Position numbers and translations under genes: made by a program. Positions 51,096-60,900 of a stretch of DNA of 64,000 bases are shown here, one piece after another. The stretch spans positions 128,318 through 192,317 of the forward strand of contig JBAZLM010000001.1 in NCBI GenBank assembly GCA_041650295.1, in the 5' to 3' direction. Source of the DNA: Candidatus Omnitrophota bacterium (GTDB lineage Bacteria > Omnitrophota > Gorgyraeia > Gygaellales > Profunditerraquicolaceae). The notes beneath the pieces were generated by a model, which had not been told where the DNA came from, searched no databases, and saw only the letters and a list, made by a program, of their open reading frames with translations. Every line of letters begins with the position of its first letter. The stretch's first letter is position 1.

Positions 51096-51911
51096 ATGAG
51101 AGTTTTCAAATCAAGCATTATAATTATGGGGTTAATTTTGGTGTTTTGTTTAAAATGTTCTTGTCTTTTGGCAGCTACAAAAAGCATTCCTTTGCCAGCA
51201 GATTCAGTAAAGATTTCACAAGAAGATTCATCTTTGGGACCATTTAAATCTACTACCGAAGTTTACCAGTCTTTTCTTTCACAAAAAAAATTGGAAGAGT
51301 TTTTCAAAAAAGAAATGAAGCTGGCTGGCTGGGAAAAAGATAAGAAAGGAATTTTTGTTAAAGATGATTATAAGATTTCGATTATTTTTGGTCCGGTGAA
51401 AACTTCTAAAGGAGCAACTTTATTTTTAATCAATAATCATAAAGACATAGACCAACAGCAGTTGCTTGCAGAACGTAAGATAAAACCAGATAAGTTAAGT
51501 TTTATGCCTATCTATCCGCAGAGTGTACAGAATTTTCTTTGGGATACTCCTACAGGGGTTATGGGTAGTTATGAAACAACTAGTAGTATTTATGATGCAG
51601 TTTTTTTCTATAAAAGTTCTATGTTAAATTATGGGTGGACACTTTATAGTGAAATACCAATTAAGGAAACAACGGTTAAGGAACCAATAGATGAAAGAAA
51701 TAAAATGCCGACGATTACTAGGGTTGCTACATTAAGATTTAATAAAAAAACAGGGGAATCTTGTTTTTTAATGTTTAATAGTATTTCTGGTAACCTTGAT
51801 CAAGTGGCTTTATTAAAAGGAGAGCAGCTGGTAGATCCTAAAAATGAAGCTATATCACATAAAACAAATATCAGTGTAGCTTATAATGAAGGTAAGAAAA
51901 ATAATAAATAA
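51096..51911 (+). CDS. secreted hypothetical protein (271 aa)
   Basis: Signal peptide MRVFKSSIIIMGLILVFCLKCSCLLAA; no known motif. Confidence 0.3.
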   Translation: MRVFKSSIIIMGLILVFCLKCSCLLAATKSIPLPADSVKISQEDSSLGPFKSTTEVYQSFLSQKKLEEFFKKEMKLAGWEKDKKGIFVKDDYKISIIFGPVKTSKGATLFLINNHKDIDQQQLLAERKIKPDKLSFMPIYPQSVQNFLWDTPTGVMGSYETTSSIYDAVFFYKSSMLNYGWTLYSEIPIKETTVKEPIDERNKMPTITRVATLRFNKKTGESCFLMFNSISGNLDQVALLKGEQLVDPKNEAISHKTNISVAYNEGKKNNK

Positions 51912-52056
51912 AGCACAATCAACCCTAGAGTATATTGCCGTAATCCTAGCGATTATTGGCGTATTCGTTGCTATGCAAAAATATTATCAACGTAGCTTAC
52001 AGGGTACATTTCGCCAAGCCGGTGATGCAATTGGTGGTGGCGAACAATCAGACTAG
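51886..52056 (+). CDS. flp: Flp-family pilin (56 aa), overlapping the 3' end of the previous gene
   Basis: MKVRKIINKAQSTLEYIAVILAIIGVFVAMQKYY..; not in the track (<60 aa). Confidence 0.5.
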   Translation: MKVRKIINKAQSTLEYIAVILAIIGVFVAMQKYYQRSLQGTFRQAGDAIGGGEQSD

Positions 52057-52081
52057 TTTTAATAAATATTAAATAAAAAAT

Positions 52082-52927
52082 ATGCTTATTTTGCTCAGTA
52101 TCTTAATTTTAGCTTCAGTTATTTTAGTCTCAATTAGTCTTTTGCCTTTTTTTGTGCAAAAGGTTCAAGTTTGGCAAAAGAAGCAGGAAGTCGTAGTTGC
52201 TGAAAAGATGGATGAAATGTTTTATAATAAAAATCCTCGTAATATTGCCATGCTTTATATTATTCTTCCGTTTGTTTTTGGTATAGCCGGATATTTCTTA
52301 CTACAGTCTATTATTTTTGCTATTTTTGGGATATTTATTGGTTTAGTGATCCCAAATTTAATTTTAAAGATGCGTTATAAAAAGAGGCTTAAAATGTTTA
52401 ATAATCAGCTTTTGGATGCGATTAATATGCTTTCTAGCTGCTTAAAGGGTGGTTTAAGTCTTTTACAAGGTTTTGAGGTTTTAGTTGAAGAGATGCCTGC
52501 TCCGATAAGTGAAGAGTTTAGTTTGGTGGTTAAAGAAAACAAGATGGGGATTCCTTTGGAGGAAAGTTTAGTACGTTTGAATAAAAAGATGAACATGGAA
52601 GAGTTGGGTTTAGTAATTAATGCGCTTTTGGTTGCTCGGGAGACTGGAGGTGAGTTGACCAAGGTCTTTAGTCGTTTGATTATTACAATCAGAGATAATC
52701 GTAAACTTAAGGAAAGCATCCAAACTCTTACCTTGCAGGGTAGGCTCCAAGGAGCAATTATGTCTTTTTTGCCAATTGTTTTTGTGGCTTGGGTTCTTTC
52801 GGTAAATAAGAATCATTTTGATATTATGATGTCAAGTGATATTGGTAGAATGCTTTTAATCGGAGCAGTAGTATTGCAAATTGTGGGAATGATTTTAATT
52901 AAAAAGTTTAGTACAATTAAAATATAA
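52082..52927 (+). CDS. tadB: Flp pilus assembly protein TadB (T2SSF domain)
   Basis: TM-cytoplasmic T2SF domain-TM architecture; VARETGGELTKVFSRLIITIRDNRKLKESIQTLTLQGRLQGAIMSFLPIVF. Confidence 0.7.
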   Translation: MLILLSILILASVILVSISLLPFFVQKVQVWQKKQEVVVAEKMDEMFYNKNPRNIAMLYIILPFVFGIAGYFLLQSIIFAIFGIFIGLVIPNLILKMRYKKRLKMFNNQLLDAINMLSSCLKGGLSLLQGFEVLVEEMPAPISEEFSLVVKENKMGIPLEESLVRLNKKMNMEELGLVINALLVARETGGELTKVFSRLIITIRDNRKLKESIQTLTLQGRLQGAIMSFLPIVFVAWVLSVNKNHFDIMMSSDIGRMLLIGAVVLQIVGMILIKKFSTIKI

Positions 52928-52929
52928 AA

Positions 52930-53787
52930 ATGGAAATATTGTTATTTGTATTTGTTATTGCTGCAGTTGCCTTGATTACTTGGGGCGCGTTGCTTCATCA
53001 GCAAAACGCGCCTCTGCGCATGCCTAGTCAAATTGTAACCACTAAGTTTAAAAAATCCGGTCCAGATTTTGATAAAATTTTACCGACTCGGTCCTTATTA
53101 GATAGAACCGGGATGTTTGTTAGCATTAAAAATTCTTTAGATAATGCTCATATTAGTCTTTCTCCAGTAGCATTTTTTAATATTAAGATACTACTTTGTA
53201 TCTTGTTGACTGTGGTTCCAGGACTAGTGATGGGAAAAGCGGAGCCACCGTTAATTATTATTGGTTTGGGAATAGGATATTTTGGACCAGATTTTTATTT
53301 AAAACGTAAAATTAGTGAGCGCAAGTATTTGATTGCTCGTGGGCTTCCGGAAACAGTTGATCTTTTAAGTTTGTGTATTGAGGCTGGTTTAGATTTTATA
53401 AGCGCGGCTAGATGGGTAATTGATAAAACTCCGCGTACTCCAATGACTGAAGAGCTGGCCTTTGTGTTGGAAGAGGTTAAATGGGGTAAATCGCGAGTTC
53501 AAGCGCTTAAAGATATGGCACGTAGGATTAATGTCTCTGAAATGAGTTCATTTGTGCAAACGATTATTCAAGCTGAGCGTATGGGCACTCCAGTAGCAGA
53601 AGCATTTGCTATTCTTTCTGAAGATGCGCGTGCGCAAAGATTTCATCGTGGTGAAAGAATTGCTTTACAGGCGCCTATTAAGATCCTTCTTCCGCTAATT
53701 TTCTTTATTATGCCAGTAATTGGTATTGTTATTGGTGGTCCAATCTTGTTGCAATTTATGTCAGGTGGTTTTACCGGTCTTAAATAA
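52930..53787 (+). CDS. tadC: Flp pilus assembly protein TadC (T2SSF domain)
   Basis: LSLCIEAGLDFISAARWVID..AERMGTPVAEAFAILSEDARAQRFHRGERIALQAPIKILLPL. Confidence 0.7.
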   Translation: MEILLFVFVIAAVALITWGALLHQQNAPLRMPSQIVTTKFKKSGPDFDKILPTRSLLDRTGMFVSIKNSLDNAHISLSPVAFFNIKILLCILLTVVPGLVMGKAEPPLIIIGLGIGYFGPDFYLKRKISERKYLIARGLPETVDLLSLCIEAGLDFISAARWVIDKTPRTPMTEELAFVLEEVKWGKSRVQALKDMARRINVSEMSSFVQTIIQAERMGTPVAEAFAILSEDARAQRFHRGERIALQAPIKILLPLIFFIMPVIGIVIGGPILLQFMSGGFTGLK

Positions 53788-53805
53788 TTTTTAAATATTT
53801 GCTTA

Positions 53806-53846
53806 AAAGGGATGTTTCATCTAAATGAAACATCCCTTTTTTTGTT
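53806..53846 (+). terminator. rho-independent terminator after tadC
   Basis: AAAGGGATGTTTCAT-ctaa-ATGAAACATCCCTTT followed by T7. Confidence 0.7.
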
Positions 53847-54112
53847 TTTGATCAAATTTGCCTGAATTTTTTGATTAGAATATTTAAGCCTAAATCCACA
53901 ATTTAATTATCTGTATTTTCATGAATTAGACTATAGCTATTAGTTTAGACAGATTATTTTTATATCTGCCTTGCTAGAGATTTTTGTATTAAACAGGCTT
54001 TTTTCAGTAGCTTAATAAGTTAAATTTACCATTTTATACAACATAGTAGTTAGTCATCAAATTGAGCAGATAATTGTTCATTGGCAGCAAAATGAGATAT
54101 TGGTGTTATTGT

Positions 54113-54163
54113 TGAACTGAAGTTATTATTGAACTGAAGTTATTATTGAACTGAAGTTATTAT
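54113..54163. repeat. 3 × 17-bp tandem repeat (TGAACTGAAGTTATTAT)
   Basis: Three perfect tandem copies seen in sequence. Confidence 0.8.
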
Positions 54164-54685
54164 TGTCTTGGCATATTACATTTATAGCTGTGCTTATTAG
54201 AATGACCTTATTTACGTTTGCTGGACCTTCTGCCATAAGTATTATTACAGGTTAATATGATTCATCTGTGCCGTTCAAAAGATAAGAATTTTACTTATAA
54301 AGGAAGTAATAGTGAGCATTCTTCTAAGTTAAAATAGTAAATTTATTTTTTGTTTAACTAAGAAATGTTGCAATAATAAAAGTAATTGTCCAGTCTAAAG
54401 TGTAGATATTTAATTGTCCAGTCTATTTCTAAAATTTGTCCAATCAGGTTTCAATGGTTTTAAGCTTGATAATCAAGAAAATATGATATAAATAGTTTAA
54501 TGGATTAAAAAATTTACTTTGAATTTTAGTTATGTTGGAGCTTATTTTGATGTTCTTTAGGATTTGTAATTAAGCTGCTGAAGTATTTTAAGGCACTAAG
54601 CAATTAAATTTTTGGGTAAGATTGGGGTCAAAGTTTGATAGTTTTTGCTAGAAAGAAAGCGTTACCAAAATAACCGTTTTTCTAC

Positions 54686-54714
54686 TTGACAGCGTCTATC
54701 TGAGGTGTTATATT
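54686..54714 (+). promoter_or_regulatory. σ70-like promoter TTGACA-17 nt-TATATT
   Basis: TTGACA at 54686-91 and TATATT at 54709-14; about 20 nt upstream of the putative riboswitch. Confidence 0.45.
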
Positions 54715-54734
54715 TGAGTGTAAGTTGAAAAGGT

Positions 54735-54860
54735 CTTAAAAGTAAACTTAGAGTAATCTAAGGACACAAAGCCACGGATCCTTAATCCAAAAAGCAGTCT
54801 CAAGGATAGCCGGGTTGCCAGGCCGACGAGAGTTGGAGTAATGACAACTCGGTTTTATTG
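54735..54860 (+). promoter_or_regulatory. candidate c-di-GMP-I (GEMM) riboswitch with intrinsic-terminator expression platform
   Basis: GNRA-capped hairpin CUUAGA-GUAA-UCUAAG (54747-62), immediately followed by GGACACAAAGCC (cf. GEMM GGACGCAAAGCC). P3-like hairpin GGAUCCUU...AAGGAUAGCC, then AGCCGGGUUGCC (cf. GEMM AGCGGGGUUACCG). Terminator GAGUUG-gaguaauga-CAACUC+GGUUUUAUUG (54830-58). Confidence 0.45.
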
Positions 54861-54992
54861 TAGAGTTTCACAAATGATTTAGAAAAGTATTTAATAAGAA
54901 ACCTGATGCCCATGAAAAGAGAAATAAAAAATCTAAAAGATTTTGGGGTAAGGGGAAAAATTTATTTTTTATTTATTAGTAATAGGTAAAAG

Positions 54993-57900
54993 ATGAACAA
55001 CAAAAAGCACCAGACAGAAGATCGGATTAAGCAACCGAAGCGAGAATTCAAGTCAAGTTTTAAGACCTGGATTCGCGTGGTTGCTTTTGTTATTTCTGCT
55101 ATCTTTTTACCAGAGCAAGTTGCTCAAGCCGTAGAATACGATTGGCGGGTAATCTGGAATAAGCCTGCAGCCGGAAGCATTGCCTCTACTTCTTTGAAGA
55201 ACTTAGCTAGCATTGATACCGCTTTAGCCATTCGCAATATTTTGAAGGATATCGCCAATAAGCCAATCACAGCGATTAAGGTTTCGTCCAATCTGACCAT
55301 TAATTTGGACAAACCCTTAAAAATGTCCAATCAAAAAATAGAAGAAATTACTGAATGGTTGAAGGGTAAGCCTTGCGGAACTAAAGCCCTTTATGATTAT
55401 CTAAATTATGCAGGAATTCAAGCTCCTGAAGGCGACATTGCTATTATGGCTTTGACTGTGGACATTCTTAATGATGTAGTCAAGCCGGAAGGTAATCCTA
55501 CGGTTATCAAAAATTCTCTTTATGCCCTTTCTCAAGCGGCCAAATTCTTTGGAAGCGACCTTTATCCAGTAAAAATTCAAAGCAATCGAGAATTAGGCAG
55601 CTTAACTCCTTTTATTGCACATTTAAATTATGACCACTTTATTTTGGTTACTCGGGTTACTGAAGATAAGGTTTACTATAGCAATGAGCATAAAGAAGAG
55701 TTTTTCCCAAAAGATACATTTGCAACCAAATTTACTGGTTATGCCTTAACTAATATTTTACCGGCAGATTTAAAGACTTTAGAACCTGCTGAAAGCAAAA
55801 AAGTTCTTGGTGCTTGGTCCTCATCAACTTCTTCTAGTGGTAGATCTAGCTCTGGCTATAGATCTAGCTCAGGTTATAGTTCTCGATCTAGTTATACTAA
55901 TAACTGGCGTTCGGGAACTTCTTATTACTCTCGACAATCTTTTGTTAGTCATTATAGGCCACAAATAGCAGCTGCAATGTCTAAGGTTCTTGGGGGCAGT
56001 AAGCAGGCTATGAGAGTTGCTTTAGTAGCTGCTATTCCTGTTGTGGCTATTTCTGCTATTCCTGGCGGTAAATTTTTAGGTACTTTTACTAAAAGACTTG
56101 CTTTTAATCTTATTGTGGGGGAAGCTACTTTGCAACTCAGTAGTTACATAAACACTGATAAATTTGTTGGATTTAAAACTAAGGGCGATTTAGGTATGCA
56201 TGCTTTGATATTAGCGTCATCCGCTTTATCAGCTGGGGCGACTAATATTTCTACAAAATTTTCAAGTGTTAAACTTTCTGGTCCTTTTAATCCTCCTGCC
56301 ATCTCTAATCGTATGGGCGTAATGAGCAGATCTGCCCGGATGTTAAATTTTGGCAATTCTGTTGTTAGGACTCTGCCTAATTTTGCTAGCAAGGTGTCTT
56401 ATTACGGATTAACCGGAGCCAATACATTTTTAGTTACTGGCACTGCGTTAGAAGGACTAGGTGGTCAGGGACCGAACCTACAATCGATGAGCAAGAATTA
56501 TCTTACAGGTTTAGCGGTTGGCTCAGCTAGCGGTGCGGCTTCTTATCTACTTTCTCCTAATTCAGTTGGAATAGCAAAATTGTCCAAAGCATCCTCTACT
56601 GTAACAGGGATTGTCCCCAATAAAATTACAACTGTTTCCGGTAAATTAGGCGAATTTGTTACGCGTGGGAAACTTGCCTCTGAAATAGGGAAAGAATTAA
56701 TTGGCGTGGGAGTTGTCTCTAGTGCTTCCGGATTAATAAGCGCTGGAGGTACCCTAACTTATAACGCAATCAAAGGAAATAAGTTAAGAGAAAATTTATT
56801 GCGCAATACTTTAGGCGCAGCTGCAGCACCTCTTTTAATTTATGGTTCAGCAAAAATCATACCTGTAGTGAAATCAATTACCACTCCTGCTTCTAGTAAA
56901 ATTGCAGAGAGCTTTAACAATAGTAAGTTTCTTCCTAAGCTGGGTAAAGTTGTTTCTTTTGGTCAAGCTAATTCTCCGGTAATATTAAGGCTGGCGGGTT
57001 CTTCTGCTATTACTGGAAGTATGGGGTTTGTAGGCACTTTAGGTTATAATTTGGTTAATAGAAAAGATAGAAAATGGAATGAAGATTTACTTTATAATAC
57101 TTTAGGGGCAGCAGCGATTCCTTTATTGATTTATGGCTCAAGCAAAGCAATGTCTTTAAACAAAAGACTCTTTTCTCCTGTGAATTTAAAAATTACTATC
57201 CCCAATATAATTACTTTAACAGCTATTGACACTAAAGCGGCTTACGCTTTAGATAGAAAATATTATGAAGGCAGTCTGGCAAAAGAAAGTTATGGTTCTG
57301 GGCCTTTTGTTGGAGTGTTTAAAAATGTGCTATTGGCTCCAGGTAGACAGATTTTAAGTATTAAATCTGATTTTGCTCCAGTAGCACAACATCTAACTAA
57401 TGTAGAAGCTAATGTCTTCAATGATTGGGCGGCGGATAAAGGGCTGGTAGGTGCAAGTTTAGCCTATACGGCAGGATTTTCAAGAAGTTGGCTTAATGTA
57501 ACTTCTTTAGCTACACCGATTAGATCTATTGCTCGTTTAGATCAAACCGTTAAAGACTTTTATACTTTGAGTGCGAATTTAAGCAATGCTGCTAATAATG
57601 ATAAGGCTACAAAAGCAGATAATATTAGATTAGTTGATGCCGCTTATTTAGTCGGTAACGTTATGGGATCTTATACTGCATTTAAAGGAATTGGCAGCGG
57701 TTTAACTAAGCCCGCCAATCTTACTAAACCAGCAGAGCATTTAAAATTTAGTACAAATGTTTTAAATAACGTTGGAGGCATATTTAATACCAGTGCTACT
57801 ACAGTTATTGCTAACGCATCGATAGGTGCGATGTTGCCCTTAATGGGACAAAAAAATGCCGTAGGCGTTTTAAGCTATACTGAATTGTTTAATAGTTTGA

Positions 57901-60900
57901 AAAGTTTAGCTTATAATACTGATACTATTGCTAGAAGCTCCTTTGCTGTTTCTACGATTTTTAAGGGTTTAGGAGCTTTGAATAATCCTAAATTAACTAA
58001 AGCGGTAGTAATAGGAAGTGGGAGCAGTTTTGCGCTTGGAGGAGCAGCAGTAGCAGTTGCAACTAATGCAAAAAATAAAACTACTGATCAAAAGAAAATA
58101 GCTAATTGGAATAAAGTTTCTAAAATTGGTACAGGAGTTATGGCGGTTAGTGCAGTAATTTTAGCGTCACAGTTTGTTAGGGGTGTAGACGCTGTATCAG
58201 CAAAAGCAAAACCGACAACATTAGTTGGTGTAGGCGCAGGAGGTGTTGCGGGGGGCGCCGGTATGTATTGGGGGGCAAAGAAAATAGGAGAAAAAACAAC
58301 TTGGGGGCAAAAACATCAGGGTATAGTTAATGCTACGATGAATGCTGGGCTGTTCATAGCCGGAATGGGTGGATTATTATTAACTCGAGGTCTTTCTAAA
58401 CCACTAGTTAATAAGATTCAGGTTTGGGATAAGGGGATTTCACAAACTCAGCGTGTCCAAAAAATTTACAGACTCCCAGTATCTACTGAAATTAAAACCG
58501 CGTTTGCAAGCAAAGGTTTAGGGGCTTTAAAATTAATTAATTCTGGAGTTACTACAGCTGGTAGTGCCTGGTCAATAGGCACGGCATGGTATGGATTTAA
58601 TCGGGGACTATTTACTCCTGCTGTTGAATATTTAAGTTTTGTCTTAGGGGATCGATCTGAAAAAGATTCTAGAGCATGGAAAGGTTATGCATCGTTCTCG
58701 ACCCCAAGATACTGGGCGGAGCGTAAATATGTAGGTGCTAGTGGATTGTTAATCGGTTCAGTGTATAAAACTATAAAATTAGCCTCTAAGCATTATGGGA
58801 CATTAGATAAAAGTAGCGGTGCTTGGAATGGATTAAAAGAAGCGTTCAAAGAGCAAAAAATAAAGACTTGGGATAAATATGTTAATTTTGGTAATAAGTG
58901 GGCAGGAAAAATAACTCCTAAAATAGCTAAGTTTGGTGGTTATGCTTCTGGGGTTACTGGAATTGGTCTCCAGACTCTTGCGCATACTTTTGGCACTTTA
59001 TTTATGGTAATGGCTCCGCTTGCTCCTGTGTTAGAGGGGGCAAGCTTTTTGTCAGATAGATTCCTACAATCTCAATATAATAGTCGATTAGAGAATTGGT
59101 TTCATAATTTTACTACAGGTGCTTTTTCCAATGATGATACCCTTTTAAGATGGAAAGAATTAGGTTTTATTAGAGGAAAAGATGCAAAAGACGTGTCTTT
59201 GGTAGCTAAAACAAGATTCGATAAAATCGGTTCTTCTTTACAAATGTTTGCTACTGGGGTGAGTGCTGGACTTTTTGGAGTAGAACCCGTACAAATACTT
59301 GATGTAGATGGAAGCCTAAGGACAGTACAAATGCCGAAGGCCATTAGTTTTAAGGATAAGGATAGAACTTATATTAATCCTGATGGCGATAAAATAGTTT
59401 TAAAACAAGGTGCTGTTTCAATGTTGACCTCTTGGCTTAGTCCTGTTACTAAAGATGGTAAGCTTAAAATTAAGACAGAGGAAGGTGGTTTTGTTAAGCG
59501 TACATTAAAGACATTTGATAACCAAGCTTTAATGTTTGGCGCGACTTTAGCTATTTTAGCTCCTCTGGCCGGTCCAGTTCTTACTAACATTAAATCATTT
59601 AATTTAGGACAAGGTCTGAGGGCTTTTCAATACGGAGCTAGTCAAACCTTTGGTTTAAAAGGACTGTCAGATTGGGCTAAACGCGGGCGCACAAAAGTTG
59701 GATCAAAATTAAAGAATCTTTTTACTAATAAGGTGCACATGGCATTTCAAGGAAGCATAGAAGAAATTAATGAACAAAATGTGCAACTTTTTACTTCTGT
59801 TCCGGTAAGTTTAGTTGGTCCTATAGTTACACTCTTTGGTGTAAGTCCAACAATGGCACTTGCTATTCAAGGATTTGTTGAAGAAATTACTCAAGAGTTG
59901 GTTGGTGATATTGACGGAGCAGGCGGTGCTGTTAGAAGTACCGCGACAAGTTTTTGGGCTTCCTGGGGAAATAATAATCCGGTAGTTAGCAGGATAACTT
60001 ATGTTGATGCAAAAAAAGATGCAAAACCTTTAATAGACGTAGCTAAATTAAATGCTCAGAATCCAGAATCTTTAGAAGCTTTGGCTGGTTTAAAAGAAGG
60101 CGATAGGGTTACCTTAACTCATGAAGACGGATTTGTGCGAGATTTTGTGGTCGATGCAAATTGGGGTAATTTTATGAATACTCGCGCGCAAGCCGTAAAT
60201 TATCAAAGAGGCTTAAATAGTGGGGCAGTCACTGTTCCAACTTTGGTAGCGGCGATGCGTAGTTCGGATTCTATTAAGAAGAATGCTGCGAGTATTGCTT
60301 TAGCAAGTAATTTGTCGGCTGACCAAGCGATACAGATTATGCGTCCGGCAGATTATGAACATGTGTTGACTTTTAAGGCACCCGGTAGTAGTGCTCCAAT
60401 AAGCGTTCCAGCTAGCGACCTTATGGACCAGGTGGTCGAAAGAATGGCTTTTGAGCAAGATTTTGCTAGCAAGGTAGAAAGTAATTTTAAGAGCTTGGAT
60501 GTAACTACCCCGAAAGCTGTGACATTAAAGACAAATAATTTAGAGATAATTGCTTTTTCTGGCGATCAAACTAGCAGTAAGGTTACTAGTGATTATATAC
60601 AAGAAGTTGGTTATGTTCCGATGGGTAATTTTAAATATGGTAATAAAAATGTAAGGGTGAACGTAGTAGAAGGTATGCATCAAGCGGTGAGCAAAACGAT
60701 GGGTAATGCTCAGGCTGGATTAGGTGCGGGCGGTATATCAGCAGATGGTGTTTATGATATTTTTGTTGATGCTGCAGAGTATGCCGCAGAGCTAAAGAAA
60801 AATCCTGGTGCAAAAAATAATCCGTTAAGTTTAAATACAGTAAGTCATGAATTTAAGGAGTTGGTTAGTTTTGAACGAATAGTAAGAGGATATCAAAAAA

